Shown here piece by piece: positions 49,858 through 63,300 of a stretch of DNA of 64,000 nucleotides. The DNA comes from Lingula anatina (taxonomy: Eukaryota; Animalia; Brachiopoda): NCBI GenBank assembly GCA_051362555.1, contig JBPQGU010000016.1, forward strand, positions 1,426,001 to 1,490,000. The letters are read 5' to 3'. Position numbers and translations under genes: made by a program. Below the pieces are notes generated by a model. The model was given only the letters and a program-made list of their open reading frames with translations. It ran no database searches and was not told the DNA's origin. Position 1 is the first letter of the stretch. The number at the start of each line of letters is the position of its first letter.

Positions 49858-51211
49858 CGCACTGTTCTTCCTTGCCCTGGTTCTCTTAAACTGAGGAATC
49901 TGAAACATACACTTAAAGTGCATATATTGGCGTCACAAAACGTGGCAAGTTTGGAAGCTTAGTTGTCTAATGAAATTGCCCAAGCTCTACACAAAGGGGA
50001 ATCAGACAAAAGAAGTGCACCCACCTGGGCAAGGTGTCAAAATAAGACAATTACACGAACAATAAAACAACAAGTCGGTTTTCCATGATCGTTGGTGGAC
50101 TCTTCCATTATATCTCTGCTTTAAATCTAAGACTCAATGGTCCTTGTACAAATTAATCAGGTACTGGGAACATTAAGTACTGTAAGGTGTCTTGAAGCTT
50201 GCAAAGTGTATGAAAGGTTAAAAGTTAGACCCAGCTAAGCACTGTAAGGCACCGTTGTCAATGTCCCTGTGAGCGATGTTATATTTTTTACAAATTCGAC
50301 ATTAAAATCGTTACGTTGAAGTTGTTCAGGGAAAATTCAGAGAAAGTCAACAATAGTCAGTTTAAAAGGTTAATGTTGTTGTTCCCGCCAAAAATTTGTT
50401 CACCCTGTGTTTTTTTTTCAAACTAAGTAGGAAATTACAGCAAGACGAAGGACTCTTAAGGTGTAAATATTCAAGCTGCAAACTTATCACAAGGGCGATT
50501 AAAGGTACATGTACACTCCATGAGTTTGAAAATCCCCAAATGCTTATCCACAGCCTCTTAATAAAACTTTTAAAAAGATTTAAGTTCTGCAGCCTACCTG
50601 ATGTTGATATTACCATTAGAGATTACTAGAAAATGGTTGCTGTTATAATGACTGGCCAGTGCTTCTACGCTAAAATCAACCTTTGTAACTTTTATATAAG
50701 GTCGAAACGAAGTGCAGAGAGGGATAGATAAATGATTCGTGGGTAAAACTTGCTTATCTCCCTGGGAAAAACCATTTTGGCAGGTAAATCTCATGGAGAG
50801 TACCTTTACCGATGAGTACGTAGACTCAACTATTTAGCTCAGTGGTAGAATTAACTCAGGATATTTAAAGTTAAATTACGAAGAATAACTTGGCCGGCAG
50901 ACTTCAAACACATCAAAGTAATCACGCAAAATTACCATTAAAGTGATTGTCTCCGACATAGTACAAACTGTACATTCAAGAACATACAACAGTGTTATTA
51001 GACAAGCCCGGCAAAGGACAATAGGCACTGGCGTCGCAAAACGAGACACGGAGGCACAGATAAGCAATAAACAAAAATAATTACACAGCTTACGCAACTC
51101 AATATATTTTGAGGCTTTTATAAGTCGAAGAGAGCGGAATATATGTAGCTTTATTAAGGCTTACATACGTCTCTTTTTTTCTGTTATTTTTGTGAGGAAT
51201 TATTAATACAC

Positions 51212-51256
<45 letters not shown>

Positions 51257-51396
51257 CTGTCAACATAAGAGTTACAAACAAAAGAAATAAACTGCCGGAC
51301 TGTGTCATAAATACAGAATCACTAAATGACTTCAATGGTAAACTTTACAACAGACACTGGTCAAAAAGGCTCTTCTTCCTGAGACCATGTGGTAAG

Positions 51397-51675
51397 CAGG
51401 GCAGATCCAGAACGTTTTGAAGGGGGTCCAGTTTCTTAGGGATTGACAGGCCTTGGATTGCGAGGCCGACCCTCACCTCCATGGTTTCAGATTCGTGGGC
51501 ACGCTCGAGGGCCCCCGAAAAGAAATTGGTGTCTTGGAGGTCAAACGGGGCCATTTAGTACAGTTTAGAATTATGATTCAGCTAGACATATTTTGGTGCG
51601 TTTTTTAAAATCAGAAATCGAAGGAGGGGGGGGGGGGTCAGGACCTCCCTGACACCACCCCTAAATCCCCCGCTG
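51397..51675 (-). mobile_element. G-rich CAG...CTG-type MITE, near 5-bp TSD (GTAAG/GTAAA)
   Basis: CAGGGCAGATCCAG...CTAAATCCCCCGCTG; the right half is the reverse complement of the 34636/47321 left end. Confidence 0.65.
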
Positions 51676-51964
51676 GTAAATACACATATCTACAGACAGA
51701 CATTTAACACTGACCGACCACAGAGGAGAGCGGACAGCTCAGGTTTTGACCATTTGGACCTGGGTTGTCCAGTTGTCCTGGCTCTGAGGCTGACATTGAA
51801 TACGTGGGGAAATGGACCCCTGGCCACACACTGTCACTTCAGACCAATAACGTTTCTCTGGACTCGCGAAACGCATCAATACGTGGCCCTCGCTACTTTT
51901 TCTTATTTCGTTTATCGTGTGTGTTGACTTTGAACAATTCTTAACTCATCATGAGACTTCTTAC

Positions 51965-52300
51965 CTGTGTCCATCCCATGCCGCCTTGATGTGTCCACCA
52001 TTTTGAACCTCCATGGTCAAGGTCGAGCTGAGCTGCAGTCGTAACGTGGAGAGGTCCCGAGTTCACTAAGCCATGCGACCAGCCAAACACAGCGGAGGAT
52101 CTGACGCCACGGAATCGCGATCTTTTGACTTTGTCATGGGACAGCGGTTGGGACTAGAGATTTAGAGAGAATTACTTCGATGATTGTGAAGGACTGTGGT
52201 TATAGAACCGTGTCGGAGATGACGATTGTTCGTGTCTCTCTTCAACGCGAGTTGCTTCATTGTGATCGCCATGCTCTGTTACCCTTTACCATGTCCATAC
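51965..52300 (-). other. Putative upstream (mostly 5'-UTR) exon of gene B
   Basis: GC-richer block ending in a consensus donor CAG|GTAAG at 51965. It joins the TTTCAG acceptor at 49899 in frame with ATG GGA TGG ACA CAG (ATG at 51979). The 5' boundary is approximate. Confidence 0.45.
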
Positions 52301-53161
52301 ATGTATTATCACTTTTCACGTATAGTTAGTTAAATGGATTTATTTTCGTGACAATGCCGAATATATACAAATATAATACAATAATGTGATTATATAAGTA
52401 ACGGCCCAGCCCTATGGGCTTACAAAGTCACCGGTTACCAAACATTAATTATATAGAAGCTTCTTTCTGACCTGATAGCAATTAAAGAGAAACCTCGCTG
52501 TGCTTCTATGAAAATCTGTAAAAAGCACTTGAGGTCTCTCTTAAACCTCTTCCAGGTCATATATTAAACATATTAAACATATTCCCATAATTTTTTTTCT
52601 GGCTAATTCTGTGTACATGTCTGCACTGCGATCAATGACAAATTTCGCACCGAATTGCCGTCATCATTTACATGTAGCTGCGCTCTGGTAGAGAGTGATA
52701 CTTTTTTTTTTGCTGTGCGAAGGCGACAGAGCAACAATATAGCCGAATAAAAATGACAAAAGCACCCTTTGGTCTATTGAAAAACATATCTACACGAATG
52801 AAGTAATTTATAAACTTAGTCCTATTCATTCTTTAGAACAAAGTGCGTGAGTATTAATAATCTCTGCTTGCGATGTCGTGTTGGATTTATTAAAGACACA
52901 CTGCATGAGATGTACCCGCCATAATGGATTTTCCCTGGAAAATATCATTTATCTATCCCTATCTGCACTTGGATTTGACCTTTGATAAAAGTTTGGTGTT
53001 AGCTTAAAATGACTGGCCAGTCATTATAGCAGCGACCATCTTCCTGTATGCTTCCTATGTAAATATCAACATCAAGTACGCTCCAGAATAAATCATTTGA
53101 GGGCTTAAATCGTTTTTTAATGTGTATGTAAGATTTATAAGAAGCTGTGGATGGCAAAAAT

Positions 53162-53930
53162 AAGTACTTGGGGAAATTTTTCAAACTAGTGGAGTGAACC
53201 TTAAACCGTGAAACCGCACGTGGTACCGTGACAAGAGAGGATCCTGAACCAGTCGTGTACATTTAGATTAAAAAAACAAAAAACAAAGGGACATTACTTC
53301 CTGCCATTCTTTTTTCTCGACAAGAAAAAGCACAATTTCTCCCTCTCACGAACCATTGCTCGACCCATATGTACACATAGAAAAAATAATAAATAAATAA
53401 ATAAATAAATAAATAAATCTTAAAGAACTTCAGGTGAAAAAAATGAGTGTGTATTCGTATGATAAATTACCAGCACAATAAACACGTACTAAAGGTCAAA
53501 CATCAGAGAAAGGAAGGAGCAAAGACAAACACAAAACAAGATATTATGGTGAAATGAGAGAACACAATAAGCATTTGGGTAAATTTTCAAACCAATGGAG
53601 TGAACCTTTAGTTGTGACAAGAGTGGATCCTGAGCCAGTCTTGTACATTTATATTAAAAAAAGGGACTTTACTTCCTTCCATTTTTTTCTCGAGAAGAAA
53701 AAGTACAATTCCTCCCTCTCACGAACCATTGCTCGATCCACATGGAAATTAATAATCATGTAAGATAGATAATTAAATCTTAAAGAATTACTGGTGAAAA
53801 AAATTAGTGTGTATTCGTATGATAAATTACCAGCACAATATACACGTACTAAAGGTCAAACATCAGAGAAAGGAGGGAGCAAGAACAAACACAAAACAAG
53901 ATATTATGGTGAAATGAGAGAACAAAAAAC
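53162..53930 (+). repeat. Tandem duplication (~360-400 bp x2) containing a Gypsy integrase C-terminus-like remnant
   Basis: Units start near 53162 and 53569 and share long blocks (e.g. GTGTATTCGTATGATAAATTACCAGCACAAT). Translation LGKFSNQWSEPLVVTRVDPEPVLYIYI resembles the GPY/F module. Confidence 0.7.
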
Positions 53931-55530
53931 GTATTCAAAGGTGATACAACGTCCTGGGTGTTTATTAAAAAATTGAACAGTGAAGTTACTATCCCAATTT
54001 CCACGCACGGAGGGTCTTAACCAGATGAAATCCAGGACGTGAGAGGACAGACAGCAATACGGCTTGGAATGTCATTTTTAATTCTCTTCCTCAAGGCTGT
54101 CACAGAAAACAGTGCTATCATCGTGTTGTTCGTGTTTAGGAGAGACCCACTCTAGTGTTACCCAGTGATCATCACGGTACAGTTAAACATTTTATTCCCC
54201 TTCCCCTGGCTCTTAATAAGAGAGTTACCATCCCGATTTTCGTGCACAGATGAAAATTTTATTTTATTTGAAATAAAAAAACCCCGGACCATTTCATTAT
54301 CAGTATGCAGTTAGGCTAACATTGCATCAGGTTATTTGAGGACGTCGTCGGTTGTTATCCCACATTATCCAGCTGCTGATTACTGCAATTACTGATTGAT
54401 ATACCAGCAGTGCATGTGTACCATTCTTTACATGCTCAGACAACATCAGACAGCATCAGGGCGGTATACCCGCCATATTGACCTTGGCTGTCCGCACATG
54501 CTCAGTGTGACCGCTGCGGTCACGTTTGTCACATTTGATGGGCAGGTTTATTGGATGGGCGGAGCTGGGTGCCGTTTATTGCCTGTGCTGTAGTAGACCT
54601 TTCACAACCTTTCACCGAAGAACTGAAGTGCGTGAATGTTGTGAAAGGGGTCTTCTTCAAAGGTTTTTTGTCAGTTCTTAGAATTATTCCAGAACAGAAA
54701 GACGAGATAACGTCAAATACCTCAGACTGTGTGTTGTGTGAATGACAGTACAATACAATACAATACAATACAATACAATACGGTGCGAAAGAATACAATT
54801 AAGTTTATTGCATGTTTGAAACTTTAAAATATAACATCAGCTGGATGGCTATTAACTACCTATCACTGTCTGGATTCAAACGCAGAACAGAAGGTTGTAA
54901 TAAAAAGTTTGTCAGGCAAAAATAAGAGCGACGTCTGACTTAATGTGAATAATACATGACCTGAGGGCATCTTCTTAGATGACTTTTTTTTTCGAAACCG
55001 ATGGAACAGTTTTCTTTGAGAATGTGGGCAGCCTGACTGGTTATGTAAAACGTGTGGTGGAGCATACAGGTAAAGCATATCTCTGCTGCTTTCAGTCATA
55101 CCCCCCTCCCCCCCCCCCTCCCCCCCCCCCCCCCGCACACACACACGGACAAAGATGAAAAAGAAATAACATGAAGGAATAGATTTATAGATAATTTATT
55201 CATCGTATTATTTAATGGAAAAATACAATAGGGTGAAGGAGTGATAGCAGGACGATAAAGCTAGCCAGTACATTCCTCTCTGATTGCGTTTTGATATAGA
55301 CAAAATTGCACAACAGCACTTTCCATGCGAAAAACTAAAAAAAACTGACCATATTGACTACTTCTACAATTTTTGATCCATAATATATCATGTGATAAAA
55401 AACCGCCACTTTTGTGGAATAATTTTATTTAAATGTTTTATTATAATATTTGGCAATTTGGCACCCCGACGTTCGCTCTGTCTCTCTCTTTATCTCCCTC
55501 TTTCTCTTTCCCTCTTTCTCTCTCTTTCTC

Positions 55531-55576
<46 letters not shown>

Positions 55577-55834
55577 TCTCTCTCTCGTCTTCGAAAAACA
55601 CACTGATATTAGCCACAAGAGCCAACGGCAAATTGCACGTATCAACGCAAAAGTACAAAGGAGGCGCCAGATTTTTTTTTTTTGGTAAACGAAATTGTAC
55701 CTAAACATACCACATATGTTCCGTTCATTGCTACATGTTGTAAGTCTCCCTCAGTAACTTATATAACAGCGGTATTCGGGACCACCCTTTACCAGGTGTC
55801 CCCGTGTTACATTGCACCATGCTAGACAAAGGGA

Positions 55835-56121
55835 GCGTTCCCATAAAACCAACGTATTAGCTGGAACCATCTAACTCTGAGGGGTTTCTCGCTAAATTCC
55901 ATTCAGTGTAAGCGGCTTAAATGTCTGGCACGCCTACTCGAGCTGCTAAGGGGTATTTAACGATAGTCAATTAACGATAGTCAATTAATGATAGTCGGTT
56001 ACCCCCCTCCCCCAAACACTCAAAGGGACGTGTCAGACAATTAAGCATATAAGGGTGAAAGCACTTAAGTTGGAAACCCCGCAGAGTTAGATCCATTCAG
56101 CTAGATGGGTTTAAGGGAACG
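55835..56121. mobile_element. Diverged palindromic MITE related to H1
   Basis: GCGTTCCC...GGGAACGC termini, ATCTAACTCTGAGGGG / CCCCGCAGAGTTAGAT arms, H1-like core. Confidence 0.55.
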
Positions 56122-56199
56122 CAGTCAAAGTGTAGTTGGGTCCAGTAGTTGTCTACAGGTTGAGCCACTTCTGCAGAGTTCGCCTTCGTCTTTCAGAAA

Positions 56200-56258
56200 T
56201 ATAATATAATATAATATAATATAATATAATATAATATAATATAATATAATATAATATA
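56200..56258. repeat. (ATAAT)n pentanucleotide repeat
   Basis: Directly visible. Confidence 0.9.
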
Positions 56259-56670
56259 AACAGACCTATTGCCAGTACTTTTAAAGGAGGTTCTTTTTCT
56301 TTAGTGTAGTGGACCCTTTTACCGCGTTGCATAGAACCTAGCTCAAATTGTGACTGAAAACATTTTTCCAGCAAAAAGGGTGGTTTGTTAACTGCGCCCC
56401 CCCCCCCCCCCACCAACGTTCCTCCACCCACGGCGTACGAATCTGACAATATAACAAACCACAAAATAGAAAATAAAGTGTTTGAGTGTACGCTTTTCTC
56501 ACAACTAAATTTACTGCTAAATTCGATCTCTGCAGCAGAGGGTACTAAGGGAATTGCTCATGCCACCTGCTGTTGGATTATTGGTAATTTGCATATATGT
56601 ATACATATATATATATAAGTCGTCGTAGCCAGTCTCCCAGAAGACCCAAGAGACTGGTGCAGCCAATGTA

Positions 56671-57332
56671 ATGGGAACTCATATCGTCTTGCTGTGTCTC
56701 GCGGTGATAGGCTTGAATTCCGTCACGAAAGTCGGTAAGTACTGCCATTTAATTTGCCAATTTTTCATTTTCTTTTTAAAAAAATTCTTGCTGTATCATT
56801 GCAATTCAATGGCTTTACTGTTTTTTAGGAAGCGATCTTGTTTCCGTTCTTGTATTAGCTGTCTACTGGTTTACAGTATATGTAACCATTTCTTATTGCT
56901 TGTGTTACTGCAAGCAGTAAATAAGGAAGAGAAAAAAGTGAAAATGTGATCCAGTTTTAACATAGTATTAAATTAGGATAATTAAAGTTTAGTGGATTTA
57001 ACTGTTGAAATCTGCCTGGACAATGACCGTAGTGTATTGTTTATATTTATTTAACTGCCAGTGTTCGAAGAACAATTTCTTCCTCCTTATAAGGCCTTTT
57101 TTCATAGGCTAACTTGCAAATATATAGCAAACGTTTGTATGAATTATGAATGATAAAAAAATAATAATAAAACAGGGGCGGATCCGGATATATTTTCTGA
57201 CAGTCTTCCAAATCATCTTTGTTGATCCATCCTCCATTTTTGACCGTCTTCCGACAGAGAAAACAAATTAGACACCCGTTAATGTAAACTTGAAAATCTG
57301 ACCCAGAAGACGGCCTCAATCCGCCCCTGAAA

Positions 57333-57374
<42 letters not shown>

Positions 57375-60300
57375 AAAACCTACGCTTGACTAGACAAAAG
57401 CTCTAAACCTTTTACTTTTAATCCTGAAAATCCTAATTGCTATAAAAGCACATAGAGTTACCGAATCTGGTCCGACAGTTTTGACAGCAACGGTTTGACA
57501 GCAGAAATAGACTTGCAGACAACTAAAATAAAAACACTACCAGGCCATTCTGGTGCTCTTTCTGGTAATTTTTTCTTCCTTTCCCAACAACTCTGTGTTT
57601 TAACTTCTTACTGTTTGAGTGGACGTGACTGATATTGGCCTCGTCGAGCGCGGCGATTATGTTAAGTCGGGCAAGAAGTTTACAACTTCTCGAGTCGGGT
57701 TTGAACCAGAGTGTAGACGACTATTTTATTATTATTATCATCATATTTTTTGACAGGCTATGAAGTTGTCAAACTCTTAAAGCATGCCGTCACTACAGTG
57801 TCACAAAGATATAACCCTCCATGCGAAGAGGACCTTTGTCTCTCCTAAACCTCCAGTAGTCGGATAATGGAGACATCTGCCGCAGCATTGAGAACACAGG
57901 GTTGTGTGTTTGAACCACGTGGAGGGCAATAATCATTTTTTTCAAATCTCTTTTTTACACGCAATCCGGTACTCAGTCCTGTTCTGAGCTGAACACGGAA
58001 AAAGGAACAAAAAACATCAACTTGTCCACGGTGACAAATGACACCGAATTGTTCATCTATTCAAAGACCGAGGAAGATAACTATTGTCGTGGGACACAAG
58101 CAAACGAATTTTTTAAATGCGATTGCGATACTTTTCCATTAATTTCCTATGACAAGTTTTGACAACTGAAAGTTTTAATTACTCTTCATATTTTATGAAG
58201 TCAAATAGCGAAAACACCAGCTATTGGCAAACAATGTATGTAATGGAAAAAGAGGGAAACTTTGAGTCCCTGACTTTTTAAAAGGCTTTGGGGTGATGTA
58301 AACGTCCATCTATATGTTTCAGGTCAATTATTTTCGTCAAACTATTTTTTACGAAAACCAATCTTTTACACAAGGTCAACATACGTCTCTTTGGCGAAAT
58401 CTGCACGTAGGTTTTCTTTGAAAACTAATTTGATCTCTTTTCTGGTTGTTTTCAGATGCTTTAGTCCGTCATCACTATGTAGCAGTCAAGGAGATAGACT
58501 GGGACTTCGCCCCGCTGGGAAATCAAGTACACAGTCGTCTAGACAGGTATATGGCCTTTGGACTTTCTACCCTGCTCGTTGACCGGTGTCTTTTGGCCTT
58601 TTGCGTGGAAATATTCAGTTAGGATTTTTCCACACGATAGATTCAAAAGTGCGTAGATAGGTTAATATTAATATTACACTCATTAAAAGCACACGGAGTT
58701 TTCGTAGGAGACGTAGAAACGATTTTTGGAATACTTAATTATATAGTAAAATAATATGTGTTTAAAGCATAAAAACATTGTATATAATTATGTTCACTAG
58801 ACTTTCCAAGGGGCGTTTCACTTTTTATCTAAATTGAATTATGAGTTTTACTTTGACATTTATATGTATATATTTCTGGTCGTAGTGACACGGCCAAGGT
58901 TTTTATGTGATATTCTTTGCCTGAAGAGACACTAAATGCATTTTAATTGGATGCTACTGGATGGCACGGGCAACGGTAATATTAACAAACCGTTTCATCA
59001 TTCATTTTGACACAGTCAAGGTTCTTGTATGGAATTCTTTGCAGATAGAGACAATTAATACATTTTCATTGCGGTCAATGAAACAAACTGTTTTATCATT
59101 GCAGTAAACATTTACTGTGCTAATCTGCGTATCCAGGTCTGGAAATAAGCTGTCCTTGTCTAATTTATCAATCTATTTTTACCTCTGCAAGTGGCAGATG
59201 TTCGTTAATTAGTGCAAATATATCAGGGCACGGTGTCAAACAGTTTGTTTTATGTACCAAGATGAACTCAGTTCACTAAAATAAACTACAATTTCAGTTC
59301 ATATTTTAATTAATTAAGGTGACATCTGTACAAGAAATGTGTGCTTATGCTCACACACGCTGTGCAGATTTTAATGTTGCTTAAGTAAGCTCAACACATG
59401 TTCTTAATTTCATGGACACATTTGTGACAAACAAACCCAAGGTTTGTAGTTACACGGTTCAAATTTTATTTTAAGTGTACCGTGTGTGTGTGTGTGAAAA
59501 AAAAAAATGTCAGGGTTATCAAACAATGCAATGTACTGTAGTCTTGGGGGTTCAACCCCCTTGTACCCGTGGTCGAAGGGTTGTCCTGCCGACAGACCCC
59601 ACCCACCCCGTGACACCACCAAACTAAGACTGCATTCCCATAGATTTAGATCGAGCCATCCAGATCGACGTAACTCCCTGAGGGTTCACGCTAAATTGAT
59701 GTCAGCCGAGCGCGCACGGTGGTTAATTACCCCCTTACATCTTTTAGTAGGCGGGACAGACATTTAAGTCGGCTAAGCTGACAGTAATCTAAAGAGACTC
59801 CCCACAGGGATAGATCGATCTAAAATCTGTGGGAATGGGGTCTAAGACAAAACATAGGCATACGTTACATTGTCACAGCCTAACAGCTTTATTTTGTTTT
59901 CCTCGTGATTTTTTTTGGGACATGGGGTCGTGTATTCACAGCAGTTACAAAAACATATATATATATATATATATATATAATAATAATAAATAAATAAAAT
60001 AAAAGAATAAAAAATAGAAATAAATAAATAAATTAATTAATTAATAATAATAATAATAATGAATAGTGCTGGTGCTCAGAAGGGGTTGAACGTGACCACA
60101 GCTTTGATAACTCGACATGTCACTGCCTTACGGACGTGTTTTTATTGTACAATTAGAAAGACAAGTACTGCAAGCTGAACTTAATAACATATGCTGTACA
60201 TAAGGGCTGATCATTCTTATCAAGTCTCTAAAAAGATAGTGGTAAGCTGCAATTTACTTGCTTGTCAATCTATGTCGTGTTCATACAATGCGGCCTGGAG

Positions 60301-63300
60301 GCAGAACTGGGCACAGTGGCGCCAATTGAGGCCGCTTTCACAACCAAAGTTGATCTGCAGAAGAATAACGCTTTCAGAACAAGAGAACAAGTTGATTCGC
60401 GGACCCAATGCAGCGCTGACTTGATATGGCCGACGCACTTAAAAGCAGCGCGGACTAATCCCCTGATGGTCTCCCCGCCTCCACACACGGGCCTAGCAAA
60501 TTAAACCTAGTACCTGAGTTTTAAACCGTTTAATGGCGCACGTGTTGGCCGGGAGACCATCAGAGAATTAGCAGCATCGCTTTTTAGTGGCGTCGGCCAT
60601 ATTAAGTTGGCGGATCAGTTAGTCCGCGGATCATCTGTTCTGAATTCACTCTATCAAATCTGCAGATCAAACATGGCCGGCTCATTCCTGTCTGTTAGGG
60701 GGTTCTGCCTCCCTAAAATAGTTGTAAATTATACTATTGTTCTTCACAAAGTAATAAGCCTCTTCAAGCATGAAAATATGGATGTGACGAGTTATATGAA
60801 TTACAGCTACAAAAAAGTTAGACGAATGTTGAAAAAAAAAACAAAAAAAAAACAGGGCTCTCCTTTATTTCCAGACTCAGTAAGGTCTGTCATTCACTGC
60901 GTTGTTGCCCGCCATCTACGGATCTTGATCTCGAAAATGATTGTTTACTGTCTGATTGCGATATACATGTAAGAATAGAGGTGGAACTAACCTTAATGGT
61001 GTCTAACTCTCATTATTTAGCCGTCAAGTCAATAATCACTGTTGCATAATTTTATCTAGACGCTATGAAAAGAGCTTTACTCAGCTAGCATTATCTGTAG
61101 AAAATTTCAAAGTTATTCATTGTGTTTTTCAGTAATGCCGCCAAGTACCTCGATACTTCTGATCCAAACAGTTTCGGGAAGGTGTTCAAGAAAGCCGTAT
61201 ACAGGGAATACACGGACGACACCTTCACCGAGGAAAAACCCCATTCGAAGCACCTCGGTACGTTCACTTTACTTTGCATTGTATGCAAAGCAGGGGGTGG
61301 GAGGGGGGGGCAGGAGAGGGGAGGGGGTGGGCAAAGTCTTAAACAATGGTTGTTGAATAAGTGGCGATTTTGGTGTATAGTTGAACTAAAAAGAGGTGGT
61401 TATTATTTATAACTGATTATTGGGGTTTACATTTTAACTAAAATTACCACAAAGACCGTGTACATTATTATTATTACACGCTGTCATTGAAAAAGAAAAA
61501 CGTTTTGATATTTCTTGTCGTTTAAGGTCTACTGGGTCCGACCCTTCGAGGCCATATCTCCGACATCATCCGGATCAAATTTAAAAACATGGGCAGCCGA
61601 GCCTACACCATGCATCCCCATGGCGCCGCCTATCTGAAAAAACACGAAGGTATGAAACGACAAGAAAGCTTCATTTTGTATAAATCCGTGGAAAACTTTT
61701 GCTTCTTGACTAAAAGAGACCTGGCAGAGGCAGCAATAGCTACATGTAGTCGACTAAGGAATTACGCCATATCCTCCACATGAGACTAAGAAATTGTTAT
61801 TATTATTATTATTATTAGGGGCGCTGTATACAGACGGTACATCAGGAGATGACAAACTGGACGACAGGGTGATGCCTGGAGAAACCATCACTCTTGACTG
61901 GCTGCTGTCAGATGAGCTTAAGGGTGCTCCTGCCACGGGTGACCCCGACTGTCTTCCCTGGACCTATCACAGCCATCTTAACCCCATTGTGGACGTGCAG
62001 TCGGGGCTGATGGGAATCTTGGTGATATGTAGACCAGGTGACTGTCATTTACCGTTTATCTGTGCTTCTGTTTTTTTCTCTTGTATTAGAGGTATTGTAG
62101 ATGGGGGTTTCGTGCCAGATCCCTTTTTTTTGTCTCGAGAGAGAAGCAGTTTTTGTCTGTTCTTAAATCATTATCGATGTTTTGTACGGTTGCAGATGAT
62201 ATATAACTTGGTACCTAAAGAGTTGTGGTCTATTTAGACCTCCACGTCTTCCAGTTATTTCGGAAGGAAATATGTATTACTTTTGAGGGATTTTATCACT
62301 TTTAAGTGCGAAATCGTGAGAAACAAGTAGCAATGCAGAGCATGTAGAGAAATATGCTTGTGGGATACTTCCGTAGTATACTATATGTAATGTTAGTAAG
62401 TGACAGCGTGCAGCGAATAAGAGCGGGGAGTGTTTAGTAGAGTAACTTAAGTTGATTGACATGCTCTTATGGTATTTATACAACTGCGCTTAGTGTAAAC
62501 AGGGAGAAGGCCGCTAGAGATTGCATGAGGTAGGAATAGAAATGAAGGAAGCGGCGCGGGTAATAACTGGACAGTAGTCTAATAAATAATAAGAAAGATA
62601 ATATCTGAGTTGTATTTGCTACCTCGCGTAACATGACGAAGACAAGCCAATAGTTTCGTCACATATATATAATTCTAATCCACAGTGACTACATTAGATA
62701 TTCTAGGCATGCTGCTGATAAATTGAACTGTTGACAACTTTCTCAATACGAATTTGTATTATTTTTATGAGTACAGATTTTGCTTTCTGTCAAATACTTG
62801 GTAATATTCTTCATGTTTTTATTTTATTGTTATTTTTTGCCATAATATATTTGTATTTGTTACACATTTAGGCACCTTGGACGATGATAACGAACGGCGT
62901 GACGTGGACAAAGAGTACATATTGCTATCACACATCATAGACGAGTCAGCGAGCTGGTATTTCCAGGAGAATGTGGCAAGGCAAGTACTTTACCACCTGA
63001 AAATGTGTGTAAAAACTGTTTGAAATCACTTAGGACCTTTCGGAATCGAGCGGTACACTTATAAACCGGACCAGTGTAACGAAACCGGATCCGTGTTACA
63101 GAAGGTTTGCCCTCCATTTAGTTATAACGGTTAGGGTTAGCCTGCCCTAAGTGGCCAAAATCTAAGGCTAGTCTTACCTGTACAAATCGATGGGAAGCGA
63201 ACCTTCTGTCTAGGGGGACTCTCTGTCACGTTTAACGATTACACCGGCCCATTCTGAGAAACTTACAAGCCAATCGCCAGGCTACTGCGTAAGAGAGTCA

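Noticed and set aside
50825-50860. TAGCTCAGTGGTAGA, a tRNA A-box-like motif
   Set aside because: No B-box or cloverleaf follows; at most a SINE remnant. The same applies to the isolated B-box-like motif near 57695-57712.
63129-63141. GGTTAGGGTTAG as an interstitial telomere
   Set aside because: It has under two full units and sits inside a short dispersed element.
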